DNA of 57,145 nucleotides, counting the filler, from Basidiobolus ranarum (taxonomy: Eukaryota), in NCBI GenBank assembly GCA_040143965.1. It is 2 parts of 2 records of this genome, joined end to end, with 100 filler letters (N's around TTAATTAATTAA, not from the genome) between each part and the next. Parts side by side here need not be neighbours in the genome. Positions count along the whole stretch, not along the records: positions 28,629 to 57,145 come from JASJQH010006990.1; 1 more part is not named here. One strand, written 5' to 3'. The first letter of the stretch is position 1; every line of letters begins with the position of its first letter. The position numbers were made by a program, and so were the translations under genes. Positions 37,858 to 50,097 of this stretch are shown here, one piece after another. The notes beneath the pieces are model-generated. The model made no database searches, had not been told where the DNA came from, and worked only from the letters and a program-made list of their open reading frames with translations.

Positions 37858-38460
37858 TAGCGAACCAAGTGTTCTAAGCTGAGCTTATATCACTACAATT
37901 ATCCGTCACTTTTAACAAATACTTCGGTGCATATATATCACCAAGTAATTCTCTTAATATTCATCATGGGAAGTGAGATTTATTATATAATTTCACTCTA
38001 TTTTGGTAGCATGTTATCTATTTAGTCCTGCACTTATTACATTTCGGATGATGGATAGGATACCCTCACTCCACCACATGTGCTTTTGTTCATTTGTACA
38101 TTAAATGAAATCATGGAACTTATTAAACTGAATCCAATTTAGTCCGTTGTAACGATACTCTATGTCCATATCATCCAGCGTTTCTTGGTATGTATCCTAG
38201 CACGAAACAGAACATTATGGAAGTGTATTTTATTTTTAGATATTATAACACTAGGATTAATAAGATAGAAAAAGGTTATATACCAGATACGATGTTGTAA
38301 GATGAGGTAAAAAAGAACCAATGTACAGGAAACAATTTGCGCTGAGAAAGTGTGAAAAATTTGAGGGGGTAGGCTTTAAAAAAGATTCCAAAAAACTGAA
38401 CTTGGATACTCTATGATTGTAGGGAAGAGAGGATGAAAAATGAAATGTTGTGAGTGTTGT

Positions 38461-39307
38461 TTAGAAATCATAATCATCATCTTCGTTTCTTTTACGTTTC
38501 CAAGCTGGATCAACTGGGGGATTGGTTACGGCATTAGTAGATGTAACCAATGGTGAAGTAAAACCTGTGCCACTGAGCGCTTGAGCTTTAAAGGAGGATT
38601 CGTTGAGGGCTGGTCCAGCAGGTGGGGCCTGGGAAGATGATTGCTCCAGTGCTGAGCGTACATGAGGTGGTGGTGGCAATGGTTGAGTGCCCTTGATTTT
38701 CAAAGGAAACATATTAATTAGGTGCATATGAAGCAAGAATACAGTCAATCATTTGACTACATACCTCTGGAACAATTTGAAAATTGACAGCGGTTAAGCA
38801 GTAACGCTCAGGTGGTAATCTGATACCATATTTTTCAGGAATCAATGGCAAAGGCACCTTATTTTTTTCTTCAGCCAACTCTAGAAGGAACTAATACAAA
38901 AATGTTATGGTATGTTGTTTGTTACAGGCTATTTTACAGAAAAAAATTAACCTCTTTAGGCGGTGGTGAGGTAAACGAATGATTAACACGTCCTTGTATA
39001 GCGAGACGAATATCGTCTAAATCGACCTCATTTTTACTGGCATGTTCCGAATAAACCAAAGCATCCTGGAATACATCAACAGTATATCCTTTTGTTTAAA
39101 AAATATATAGAAAGGAGCATGTAAATCAAACATTAGTATGAAATTGGTGAGCAAGGAAGATTTTGTTTGGAACATACGATGTGCAAATTCCATCAACTGA
39201 TGAATCACTCTTGGCTCACAATCTTCGACATCTAAGCTCTCTAAGATCAAAGACACTAGTTTAGCGTCGTTGGGAACCGGTTGTTGTTCGTTATTTGAAT
39301 TGGACAT
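38461..39307 (-). CDS. TAF9: TFIID/SAGA subunit TAF9, multi-exon
   Basis: [78 protein letters not shown]. Confidence 0.95.
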
Positions 39308-39557
39308 AATGAACAAGTTCAAGAGTCGTAATTTGACTACACCGAATATTTCCAACTGTTTTCCTCAATAACCCACATTAACATCATAATTGAATTCAGT
39401 ATGTTTAGACAAGAAAATGATCTTAATTGATTACATTTCATGTTGAGTTTGAAAAATTTTTATTATTTCAATTTGTTGATTACTATTTAGGTGCAAGAAT
39501 ATTTCCATGGATTTCGCCAGTAATTTCAGTAACATGCAAATCCAACTTGATCAAAAT

Positions 39558-39799
39558 ACGCGCTTTTGTAATGACGCGTCGCGAATTATCCATATGCTTT
39601 GACGTCAGTTCAAGTGAATGAATAATTAGAGTGACTATCGTCATATCCACCAATCAAATGACTCAAACGGTGGTGTTTGATACTTTCAAAATCAAAATGT
39701 TTATGGATGAAGTTCAAAAGCTGATCGCATCAGTGATTGGACGAAGGATTGAGGGATTCACATCTATGAAAATCGAAATTGACCTAAGTTTGATATAAA
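39558..39799. promoter_or_regulatory. Divergent TAF9/H2B promoter with MCB-like, CRE, CCAAT and TATA elements
   Basis: ACGCGC 39558, ACGCGT 39574 overlapping CGCGAA 39580, TGACGTCA 39600, CCAAT 39650, ATTGG 39736, TATAAA 39794. Confidence 0.65.
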
Positions 39800-39850
39800 T
39801 GGTACATGGACTCACTTGACAACCACCAAACCGTTATACTCTGATTTACC

Positions 39851-40198
39851 ATGGCTCCCAAAGACGCACCATCTAACGTTGAGAAGAAGGAAGGAGGAAG
39901 ATCCAAAACTAAGTCCAGAAAGGAATCCTATGCCTCCTACATCTACAAGGTTCTCAAGCAAGTACACCCTGACACCGGTATTTCCAACAAGGCTATGTCA
40001 ATTATGAACTCCTTCGTTGTCGATATTTTCGAGCGTGTGGCTGAAGAAGCCTCAAAGCTTGCTGCCTACAACAAGAAGAGTACCATTTCATCTCGCGAAA
40101 TTCAAACCGCTGTCAGACTTCTCTTACCCGGTGAATTAGCCAAGCATGCAGTTTCTGAAGGTACCAAGGCCGTCACCAAGTACACCAGTGCTAAATAA
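39851..40198 (+). CDS. HTB1: Histone H2B, intronless
   Basis: [34 protein letters not shown]...[30 protein letters not shown]. Confidence 0.98.
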   Translation: MAPKDAPSNVEKKEGGRSKTKSRKESYASYIYKVLKQVHPDTGISNKAMSIMNSFVVDIFERVAEEASKLAAYNKKSTISSREIQTAVRLLLPGELAKHAVSEGTKAVTKYTSAK

Positions 40199-40578
40199 GT
40201 CTTCGACATTCTATTATGTAAATATTTAAGTTTTTAGCAAGCAACAGAATAATAAATAAAACATTCTTTTATAATTTCATTTCTCTTTTTTGCTTTATTG
40301 TCTCATACTTGCTAATGTATTATTAGTTCTATGGAAGCGTGTTGAGTTTCTTTTGGCGATACTGAATTGTCTGTATATCACTCACAATCTACACGCACAC
40401 ATACATATACACACCTAACTCTGATTTCCTTACGACTTCGACCCTTTCAACCCAAATATAAAGGCAAGAATTGTTCGTCGAAAAACTCGATATTTATTGT
40501 AGCTGATATAAGTGTTTATGCGGTAATGTGTACATGCAATCTAGGATAATTTATGAGAGTGCTTAATATGAATGATGC

Positions 40579-40902
40579 TTAAGCAGTGGATTCCTTAAGG
40601 TAGGCAACACAGTCAGCACGGTCCTTAGGCTTCTTGAAACCAGCGAATGCCATCTTGGTTCCGGGGATATACTTCTTGGGGTTCTCGAGGTAATCAAAGA
40701 GGGTTTCTTCATCCCAGGTGACTGCCTTGTTGATGTTGGCAGCGGTGAAAGTGAAACCAGGAGTGGTACCAGATTTACGACCGAAAAGACCGTGGAGGTT
40801 AGGTCCGACCTTGTGGGGACCACCTTGTTCAACGGTGTGGCATTGAGCACAACGGGTCTTGAAGAGCTTAGCTCCGGCTTTAGCGTCACCAGTAGATGCC
40901 AT
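40579..40902 (-). CDS. CYC1: Mitochondrial cytochrome c, intronless
   Basis: CAQCH heme motif, [27 protein letters not shown]. Confidence 0.98.
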   Translation of the reverse strand: MASTGDAKAGAKLFKTRCAQCHTVEQGGPHKVGPNLHGLFGRKSGTTPGFTFTAANINKAVTWDEETLFDYLENPKKYIPGTKMAFAGFKKPKDRADCVAYLKESTA

Positions 40903-41739
40903 TTTTAAAGATTAGTAGAAAAGGAAGACAAGTAGGATGAGTTGTAGGCCCCGCGATAATTCTTCACTTTATACTTGCGTTGACGATAAATCCCTCCCCT
41001 TAAACTCATGATCTCATTTGTACAATTTAAATTGAATTCGGTAAGTTCTTGTCAAAGCCCATCCTTATTCACCAATAGCGGAGTTGAATCGTGATTCTTC
41101 GGGTTCACCATTTGTCCACAACGTGCGATCTCATGTAATCGGCTTCAATTGGTTCATCGTAGTATCCACAACTTGGGATTCATTGGATAACCTACCCCAT
41201 TGACTCGCGATTTTTCCCGCAATAGCCCCAACATTTGTTTTGATTGTTGGATGTACCGAGAATGTACCAAGATAAGTATTGCCACTTTACTGTCATTGTA
41301 ATTCTATCATACGAGAATGGAGCCCCACATTGCTTCTCTTCTGCTAGGAATGGTGGTAAAGGTTGAGCCATCGTGACCGTTTTCTGTGGTGGTAAAGACT
41401 GGCATTTTGGGTCCCTTCCTGTAGTGGGAGTGTTCCTTACTGTTATCACCATATCCACAAGATAGTCCCTTTTTTTACCCTGCATAGTTACTTCATCGAA
41501 TTTCTTTTACAAACTAGTTTATTTATGGGTTTTGAACAGGATGATGCTTAGCCAAGTTTAGATAAACATGAATGGAGGGTGTGGAGGGGGGGGGGACCCT
41601 TGGAGTAAGGTTGGTGGATTACATCGGTTCTATTTCCAAGGGGTAAATACGAAGTATATGCTTGCTAAAGGATAAATTAATAAAGTGGATGATTTATGAT
41701 TGATTTGAGTCAAGAAACATAAATAAATAAACATTGTCA

Positions 41740-42219
41740 CTAAATCTGATAAATACTGAAAACTACAAAGGCAATGGCTAGCATGGTTTGACCCAGAGTT
41801 CTTTCAAGTGTGGCGGACATGCTTAGAATAGCGTTGTCACTGGATGGTTTGTTCATGGATGGGTCAATGGAGGTTGTGGGAATACCAGGCATAGCAGTAG
41901 AACTTGCCGGTGTAGGAATGACCGTAACTTTGGAGCACCATTTGGTTACTTCTTGTTGTTGTGAGTTACCTAAAGAAGAGATGGTGGGATCACGAGAGCA
42001 GAAGGAGATACACTGCATCAGGTTTTGGGCTTGTTTGCAGTGACAGGAAAAGTCTGTTTCTATACATTGGGCGCTCATGGCGTTGTTACGGCAAAGATTG
42101 TAGGTATCAGCGGCTTCACATTTACTACCTACTGCTGGAACTGCTGGAAGGTAAGAAACGGCGGCAAATATCGTCGTAACGTAGAGGAACAGCGAAATGA
42201 CGATAAGAGCTATCTTCAT
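41740..42219 (-). CDS. Secreted, probably GPI-anchored 8-Cys (CFEM-like) protein
   Basis: Signal peptide from MKIALIV, eight-cysteine domain including CHC, S/T/P-rich linker, hydrophobic C-terminus. Confidence 0.8.
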   Translation of the reverse strand: MKIALIVISLFLYVTTIFAAVSYLPAVPAVGSKCEAADTYNLCRNNAMSAQCIETDFSCHCKQAQNLMQCISFCSRDPTISSLGNSQQQEVTKWCSKVTVIPTPASSTAMPGIPTTSIDPSMNKPSSDNAILSMSATLERTLGQTMLAIAFVVFSIYQI

Positions 42220-42853
42220 GATTGGAAGTGATAAACTACAAAAATCAACAATTAGAGGACAAAAACTCAATTGAAGAGAATACTCTGAACAGGTTATTCT
42301 TATATAGGGCTAAGGTGTACGAAACTTTCCTCAAAGCCCTACTGTCGACTGAACGCACTGTTTGCTTGAGTAAAGTATCTCCCTGCATAGTACGTTTAAG
42401 CGCCGATAATGTAGGCTAGTCATTAACATGATATATATATGCACAGTATCACTTCTCTTTCAGAGGAGGTTTTGTCATGGTGTTGTGTCTATAGCTACAG
42501 CTAATGCGAAGTAAAGTGTGTAAATAGGAGCTGCTCTAAACCATTCAGAGTAAGATCACCATCTAGCATAGTTCATGAAAGGGGAGTTCATTTGCTCCTG
42601 ATCTTAGTTTCTTTGTCCAAGTAGTATTTTGTGTGATAGCTTAACATGACTGATGGTATGATTTTCATATGACCAGCCCAATAAATATAGGAGTTGTGGC
42701 CGGAATTTCTGATCCATCGTGACTGCTTATAAACGTTGACAGCTAGGAGTCGCTCCTTGTTAAACTTGAATAATCTCCGCAAAATATCCCTTTTTTGTAG
42801 CGCTTTATAATTGACTATATCTTCCTGTTTCTATTAGTAGTCATTTTGTAACT

Positions 42854-43749
42854 ATGAGTGAACTTACCCAACGAAAAGCTGCCCAGTCTAACGAAAAGAC
42901 AGGAGGTGTTTCTACTGGCCTAAATAGAGAGCCAAGAGCTCAGGCTAATTCTATTATTAAGCTACTTAAGGATATAGTTTATGGTATCTTGGTGGTTCTA
43001 ACAGTGTTCTTTGTCGCTTCATATACTATTACTGATACCTTTACCTGGGGGATTCAGAATAAGTATACCAACTGGCGCAACTGGGTCCCTGTAAGTTCTC
43101 TTAATTCTATCCTTCATACTCTTACTTATTAACCTATGATTTCATGTGACGCTGAACGTAGCGAAAGCAACTCTTGCTATCTGAAGCAGAACTTAGCCGC
43201 TTCAACGGCGAAGACCCAAAACTTCCTGTTTACATAGCTATAGAGTAAGATACTTTATAACGGCTTACATATTTCTTCAACTGTTCCCCTTATAAAAATG
43301 CTTCTCTTGATAGTGGTGATGTATATGATGTCACAGCAGGAGGAAGTTTCTACACAAAGGTATTATTTGTTTTTATCCCAACAAGCGAGGTTACCAGACT
43401 AAACTTGTATAATTTTGTATAGGGAGGAAGTTATGGATTTTTTTCTGGACGTGATGCTGCTCGTGCTTATGTAACAGGATGTTTTCAAGAGCATCTCACA
43501 CACGATTTACGTGGTTTGACTAAATCTCAACTAGAGGTTGATATTTCCCTTGCTCTTTGATTTTTAAGCATGCTATTAAACTTAGGAATGATTAACTAGG
43601 GTTTAAAAGGTTGGAAAGATTTTTACAAAAACCATCACTCCTACTACCAAATCGGACAAGTAGTTCATCCGCCTATTGATCCAAAGTCACCTATTCCTGC
43701 TGACTGCAACAGTGGTTCTTCTTACAAGCCTCGAGATACCAGTTCCTGA
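42854..43749 (+). CDS. Membrane-associated cytochrome b5-like heme/steroid-binding (MAPR/neuferricin-like) protein, multi-exon
   Basis: N-terminal TM, then spliced LSEAELSRFNGEDPKLPVYIAIDGDVYDVT..FY..GGSYGFFSGRDAARAYVTGCFQEHLTHDLRGL...WKDFY. Confidence 0.9.
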
Positions 43750-43815
43750 TGAGTTTGCTCTATCTCTTAGCAATCAATTTGATACCAGCTCCTGATGAGT
43801 TTATTTGCTCTATCT
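43735..43815. repeat. Short direct duplication spanning the MAPR stop codon
   Basis: gataccagttcctgatgagtttgctctatct (43735) versus gataccagctcctgatgagtttatttgctctatct (43781). Confidence 0.8.
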
Positions 43816-44028
43816 TCAAGTTATTTGCCATTGTATCCTTGCACTTGGAGTTAGCTACTATATTTGTATTCCCTCAATCGAATGTGCTTAGTTTGTCTCT
43901 GAGAAATCATGATTAAAGTGCAGTGAGGCCAATTCATTGGTTAAAGTAAACAGCATCCATTTATTAGGAAAATTTCTTTGTTATCACATCCAAGTCAAAA
44001 GAGATTTCGATAGGTTTTGTGGATATTG

Positions 44029-46722
44029 ATGTTTCGCGGAAGATATATCAGAGTCAACCAGTTGGACTGCGTCAAAACTAGTTTCCATACCACCAAGATA
44101 CATCCAAGGGGAAAATTTATTCAACTATGTTGTCGTTACAATACCACTTCTACTGAAACGTTAGAAGCGAGTTTACAAACCAGGAATTTCAACAATGCTT
44201 GGACCAGTTTTAACCAACTTCTCAACCTTGGACAAAGTAATCAGATAGAGGCAAATCAATACTCCCGACTATTCCGACTACTTGTTTCCAACTCAAAAGG
44301 TGTTGCAAACGACAAAGTAAAGGGTCAGAAGATTTTGGATTGTATGCGAACGAATCGACTTCGGTTTACAAGTTGTGAGGAATACGCTCCATTAATTCTC
44401 TTTCAAGCAAAGAATGATAGATTAGACTTGATAAAACTAATTCTGGCCGAAATGAAAGCTCAAGGCATTGAGCCAGATTTATTTATATATAACCAGTGGA
44501 TAAAGGGTTCTCTAACTCGGAGCTTGACCTCTGGACTGGAGGTGCTAAAGTATATGGAGGCTTGTGGAGTGAAGCCAGATTTTTCCACCTTCAATATTTT
44601 GCTTAAATCACCTAAAGTGAGAAAAGATAGTCGAATACTATCGAAAATAGGGGATAAAATGCTCGCTATGCAAGTAAAAAAGGGAGTTCGAGAATACAAC
44701 ATTTTAATCGAAAGCCATTTACAGTTTCTAGAGGCAAAGAAAGTGGAAGAGATCTTTCAGGAGATGAAACAAGCTAACGTTTCTCCAAATTCCATGACTT
44801 TTAACTTGATGATTCGATTGTATGGAAAGTTGAGAAATCCCGAAAAGGTTCTCTCTCTGTATGATCTTATGAAGGAAAATGATTTTCCACTTAGTTCGTT
44901 TTCCTACGGTTACGTCGCAGTTTCGTTAGCTGAACTCTCGAAAATTGATGAAGCGTTGCAGATGTTGGAGGAAGTGGACTTACTGGGGTTCCAATTAGCC
45001 GAGGGCGCTTATGAAGCTCTTATCCGCGAATTTCTTTATCATTCACGATCAGTTGAGGCTATTAAGCTGTACCAAAAGGCGCTCGGGTCGAAGATCTCGT
45101 TGTCGGTTAAAACGTTCACGCAGCTAATGCATCAGCATTTGAGAGAGGGGAACCCTAAAGAAGCCATGCGGATATATGAAGACTTTATTGAACAGGGATC
45201 CATTCCCGACAGTAAAGTATTTACGGTTCTTATTGAAGGTCAGAATGAATTTGATAGTAGCGATCAAATGCAGGTTCTATGGCGAGAAATTAACAAGTAT
45301 GGAGTACAGATGGATGACTATCTCTCTAATACAATTCTACATGAATGTATAAGAAATTCGTGGACTGACTTGGCCATTGAAGTATTTGACAAGACCCTTT
45401 GTCTGGGAAGTAAAATCGAGTGCAACATATACCGAGGTCTTCTTCGACTTTATCAAAAAGATGACCGATCTGATGCCATCAAAACGATACTGAGAAGCTT
45501 GAGCACTCCCCGGACCGCTTCTAGCAAAAAAGCCAGTCAGTTGGTGTCACCGCTTAATATAGTAACATCCACGGTATTAATCCGCTTTTTCACCGAGAGA
45601 TTTGATTTAGATGGAGTTCGTGCAGTCCACACCCTATTGCAGAGAGATGGTGTTCAGCTCGACAACTTCGCCTATAACACCCTCTTGAATGGCTATTCCA
45701 AATGTGGAGACTTTGAAGCAGCCAAAAAGACTTTCACTCAGTATCTGGAGGAAGGCACCCGTTTTCGACCTGATACTGTCGCATTCAACATTATGATGCG
45801 AGGCTACACCATTAGAGATATGTACACCCAGGCCATTGACTTACTCGAAGTGATGGACAACTTGGGGATATCACCAAATACCCTAACATTCAATACTCTG
45901 ATTGATGGATGTATCAAATGTGGAGACCTTGCTCGAGCCGAAAATCTCGCTCAGAGGATGGAGAAGCTGGGCATTCGCAAGAGCACTGTTACATTCAACG
46001 AGTTCATCTTTGGTTACATGTCGGAGTCCAATATCGACGCAGCCAAGGATACTTTCAAGAAAATGATCCAACTTGGAATTCGACCAAACATTGTGACCTT
46101 CAGTTCGCTTATTCACGGCTACGTAAACCACGCTCGTTTCACGGAGGCTAATGAATGTTTGGATGAGATGAGAAAGAGAGGAATCTCACCCACTATTGAG
46201 ACATACAACAATTTGATGAGCGGATATGTCAAGGCCTATCGGATAGACGATGCGCTCAAAGTATACGATCAACTAAGCTCTCTTCCACAAGGCCAGGAAA
46301 TCACTCCCACCGCAGTCACTTACAGTATACTGATGAATTGCTGGGGATTTGCCAAGCAACATCAAAATGTACTGGCGGTGTGGAAGAAGTTGAAAGCGCA
46401 ACCAAACTTCACTCAAATGGATTTAGCAGGGTCAATAAGTGTGCTTTTGGATTCTTGTGGATCGAATGCTGATTTCAAAGAACTGCAAGACCGGTGGCTT
46501 GAAGTAAATTCCCTCAATATTTCTTTAAGTGAGAATAACCACATATCGTATTGGGAGGCTTTAGTCCGCTGTGATAGACCAGAGAAGGCTGTTGAAGGGT
46601 TAGAAGCATGGTGTCGTAACAATGGCACGGTAAGTCGCAAGACGAGTGAGGTGATGCTGAAGCTTATTCGAGGTAGGCGGTTACTTAAAAGGATTCGGCG
46701 TTGTCTAAAAAATAATAGTTGA
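44029..46722 (+). CDS. Pentatricopeptide repeat (PPR) protein, probably mitochondrial, intronless
   Basis: Many 35-aa repeats (e.g. PNTLTFNTLIDGCIKCGDLARAENLAQRMEKLGI; PNIVTFSSLIHGYVNHARFTEANECLDEMRKRGI); Arg-rich N-terminus. Confidence 0.95.
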   Translation: MFRGRYIRVNQLDCVKTSFHTTKIHPRGKFIQLCCRYNTTSTETLEASLQTRNFNNAWTSFNQLLNLGQSNQIEANQYSRLFRLLVSNSKGVANDKVKGQKILDCMRTNRLRFTSCEEYAPLILFQAKNDRLDLIKLILAEMKAQGIEPDLFIYNQWIKGSLTRSLTSGLEVLKYMEACGVKPDFSTFNILLKSPKVRKDSRILSKIGDKMLAMQVKKGVREYNILIESHLQFLEAKKVEEIFQEMKQANVSPNSMTFNLMIRLYGKLRNPEKVLSLYDLMKENDFPLSSFSYGYVAVSLAELSKIDEALQMLEEVDLLGFQLAEGAYEALIREFLYHSRSVEAIKLYQKALGSKISLSVKTFTQLMHQHLREGNPKEAMRIYEDFIEQGSIPDSKVFTVLIEGQNEFDSSDQMQVLWREINKYGVQMDDYLSNTILHECIRNSWTDLAIEVFDKTLCLGSKIECNIYRGLLRLYQKDDRSDAIKTILRSLSTPRTASSKKASQLVSPLNIVTSTVLIRFFTERFDLDGVRAVHTLLQRDGVQLDNFAYNTLLNGYSKCGDFEAAKKTFTQYLEEGTRFRPDTVAFNIMMRGYTIRDMYTQAIDLLEVMDNLGISPNTLTFNTLIDGCIKCGDLARAENLAQRMEKLGIRKSTVTFNEFIFGYMSESNIDAAKDTFKKMIQLGIRPNIVTFSSLIHGYVNHARFTEANECLDEMRKRGISPTIETYNNLMSGYVKAYRIDDALKVYDQLSSLPQGQEITPTAVTYSILMNCWGFAKQHQNVLAVWKKLKAQPNFTQMDLAGSISVLLDSCGSNADFKELQDRWLEVNSLNISLSENNHISYWEALVRCDRPEKAVEGLEAWCRNNGTVSRKTSEVMLKLIRGRRLLKRIRRCLKNNS

Positions 46723-46868
46723 AGACCAAAGCATAATCAAATACAATGTAACAATACAAAGCAATATTTTATTCAAGCCTGCATTTTCCTCTCAATCATC
46801 CTTTCAGATAGTATAAAGATTAATATAAACTAAAATGACCAAGGTGCCCGTGTCTGTGCCTGTGCCTA

Positions 46869-48816
46869 TTAATTCAACATCTCAAACCCCTCCTCAAATG
46901 TGCCGAATTCTTCATCTGAAAGGTACATCGGAGTGTCGTGTGCAACTGCCAAGATGGGGGCTTCACATTCTTTAGACAGCTGGAAATCAAAGAAATATAG
47001 ATTAGCAGCAGTAGGATAGAATTGCATAAGAGAGCAATAACGTAAGAATATTTGTAGATACCTCTTCTAGTCGCTGGAGGAATGAGTTGATGTCTGCCTG
47101 ATCACGGCAAAGAAATCCAAACAACATACACGGATCAATCTTTTGGATATTTATGGTGCGAATGTCATCGCAATGGTATGTTGATAGTTCCTATGAAACC
47201 ACTATTAGTATATTGATGACTGTAAGGCAGCGTTTGAGAGCTGCGATTGTAATCTACCTCTTCTGTAAGTTTGTCGTTAGTTGCACATTTTCTAGAGATC
47301 GCAGGACGAGAATAGTGAGGATCCAGGTAATATAGGAGGTCCCCTTGAATGTAATTGTCAATTTACTTTTCACTTACGCCATTCGTTTTCGATGGACATT
47401 TACCTTCATATGCTACAAAATACAGTGAGGCTGAGGGCTTCCCACTGTTGAAAAAATATGAATGATTATTCCAGGATACTTCAATGTTAATCAATTTTAC
47501 AATGAGCTCCCTACCCAGCAATGCCAAGACTCTGAGGGAGTTCTAACAAACTCTACTTCCAGAAGCAACGAGTTAGAGGTAGATTTCAACGTTTAGCAAC
47601 CGATCATGAGTTACCTTAATCGCAGGAAAATAGATGGGATTTAATGTATTTATCCCGAGACGAGTGGGGAGTAGCACTAGCAGTGGCTTGTGGCTTCCTT
47701 GCGAGTCTTGAGTTAACATTCGCAATTGGTCTTTGTATATCACACCATCAGTAGCTACATATACACCCAAATTAAGAGTCTCGTAAGAGTTCACCAATCC
47801 CCTTAATAACAATAGCCATGAGAGAATGAACTTATTCAAAGTAAAGTAGAAAATACCATACTTTATGGCCTGTGATGCAGTGACAGGGCCAAACCATTCA
47901 CCTATATTTTTTCCCAGTTGCCTTCCTTGAGTACAAAAGTTATGCAAAGAAAATGGAGTATGCGTGGTAAGGTCGTCCAGAAACAAGTCCACGATCTGTA
48001 AATGTATAGTAAAGTCAAAAACTAGCACTGATATCTGTAGATGAACATAATAAAACCAACTTGAGCGTATATTCTCTGAGATTCGACCGATGTCGAGTTC
48101 TTACGCCATTCTAAAAAGTCAATGTTAACTACTACTTGGATCAATCAATGCATACTGTAATCACCTCTTCCCAGCTTCAACATAACCAACGCCTGTCCCA
48201 AAAGCATCTGAGCTGACCGTAGCATACAGCCCCACCCTACGTCAGAGACATAATCTGAAGGTTGAATCGGTGTAAAGCCTGTTCGATATGTAAACCATAA
48301 TCGTGACTTGAAATCCTCAATGAATTCCAGAGGATATTTTTCTTTGATCTCTGCCAGTTCAGTAAGTGTAAAAGAGTACGTGGTGCCGAGCATATAGATC
48401 GTCCTATCTTCTGGTCCAGTTCCAGCAAGCTTGCTTGGAATGAGAGGTTTGATCCAGTCTGTGATACGATTGCTCGCAACCTCTGCGGCCCCCTGAATTC
48501 TCTTAAGCGTATTGTGCCCTGCTTGATAAAGTGAACGATCACTTAACCTAAAGAGACTATCTGGTGTTGTTTGTTCTGTAGGAATATTCGTTTTTGTCAG
48601 AACTGAAGTTCCAAGATCCTCAATGTCAAATAGTTCTTCGTCCGAAAAATGAGGTTCAACTTGTTTTAAGGTATCTTGTAATTGGACTGGTTTCCCATCG
48701 GAAGTATCCCCCTCTAGTGATCTCTTTGGTTCATTAAAAAGGAGTAAATTTGAGGCTGTGTGAGGGTTGTTTTGGGAGGAGTCTTTAGTTGAGTGTTCCG
48801 AGTTATAAGTTTCCAT
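46869..48816 (-). CDS. ATG4: Autophagy cysteine protease Atg4 (peptidase C54), multi-exon
   Basis: WFTYRTGF, SDVGWGCMLRSAQMLLGQAL, GKNIGEWFGP, GIAGGKP, YLDPH, IDPCMLFGF; C-terminus EEGFEMLN. Confidence 0.95.
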
Positions 48817-49485
48817 TGTGTGAGAAGGTAGATGAACGAAACGACGAATGTGTATTAACTTTTTTGGTTACTTTTAAAAGCTCCAAATTCAAGGAGTATA
48901 CCAGACTGTTATCTCAATTATGGAAAGTAAGTCAAGTAGTTGTGGAAGATTACTCGATAATTTCGTCTATTAGTTTCAGTGGTTTGCGTAAGAAACCAAT
49001 CAACGGGATGTGGCTTGATTACTTTTAAAGAAAACTATTACGTATGGATATAATATAGGTGTATTATCCTTCTGTTACTTCTCAAAGATATTGGGATTCA
49101 GTGGCTACTTTAAGAGAAGGCTCGGAATAACAAGAAAGAGCATATAAACCTCTACCTTTCAACGTTAAGTACACAAAGTGCTCACGCTATGCTTCAACGA
49201 ATAAGAATGTGACTGTGAGAGGGAAAGATTGTACACCCATCACGCATCACGCATCCATTATATTTGATCAGAGTATTTTAAAGCAAGTTTATAAATAGTA
49301 TCAATAAGTGTATAAACTAAACTGATGGGTGATCAAAATGTTTATAAAATGATTTCGCTATCACTCAGAGCCAAAATGAATGATTCCCATGGCAAAATAT
49401 ATACAGTAGAATTGACTTATTTGGATGAGTGTATGAATAGTCAATCCATGTGGCATATTATCCATCAAAGGCTAGAACATGTCGC

Positions 49486-50097
49486 TCAAACTTTGTCGAT
49501 GACAACAGTTACTTCGTCATGAACTGTCTCTGGCGTGGATAGGATAATTGTTGAGACATAAAGTCCAACTACAGCTGCCATTATTTGAACAATACCGCCA
49601 ACCTTATAGCAGAAACTTACGCCGAAGATCTGAGCGATAGAAAGGAATATAAGACTAAGAAACAGCAGAAAGAAAGTCGTAAAAGAGGTTTTGGGTTGCG
49701 TACGCCAGGCTGAGTACGAGAAAATCGCGTTGAGAATGACCCATGCGAAAGTGCAGATACCTGTAGCCTTCATGTAGGTTCCATCAGTGTAAGATTGTTC
49801 TATTCCAGCAACAGGCAAGAAATTGATTCCAGTAGTGAACCAGAAGGCACCGTAAACGGCAAAAGCGCAACCGCCAAAGCTATTTCCTCGAGCATAATCC
49901 CACATACCAGCACTGAACTGACAAAGACCGCCCATAAAGAAGCCCCAACCACAGATTACCGTTGCATTATCGGTAACAATTCCAAGGGAAAGGAGAGCAA
50001 GAACAAAGGTGGAAATGGAGAAACTGATAATTCCCAAGGCGGTAGGGTCGGCTTGTTTCTTTTTGATTTGGTGACAGTTACAAGAACAAGTTTGCAT
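49486..50097 (-). CDS. Gpr1/Fun34/YaaH (Ato/SatP) acetate/ammonia transporter, intronless
   Basis: ADPTALG, FFMGGLCQFSAGMW, GNSFGGCAFAVYGAFW, six hydrophobic helices. Confidence 0.9.
   Translation of the reverse strand: MQTCSCNCHQIKKKQADPTALGIISFSISTFVLALLSLGIVTDNATVICGWGFFMGGLCQFSAGMWDYARGNSFGGCAFAVYGAFWFTTGINFLPVAGIEQSYTDGTYMKATGICTFAWVILNAIFSYSAWRTQPKTSFTTFFLLFLSLIFLSIAQIFGVSFCYKVGGIVQIMAAVVGLYVSTIILSTPETVHDEVTVVIDKV

Noticed and set aside
40563-40889. 108-aa alternate-frame ORF over cytochrome c
   Set aside because: Non-ATG start; by-product of biased codon usage in a highly expressed gene.
41192-41485. 97-aa minus-strand ATG ORF upstream of cytochrome c
   Set aside because: No recognisable domain; lies in probable promoter/terminator sequence; needs expression data.
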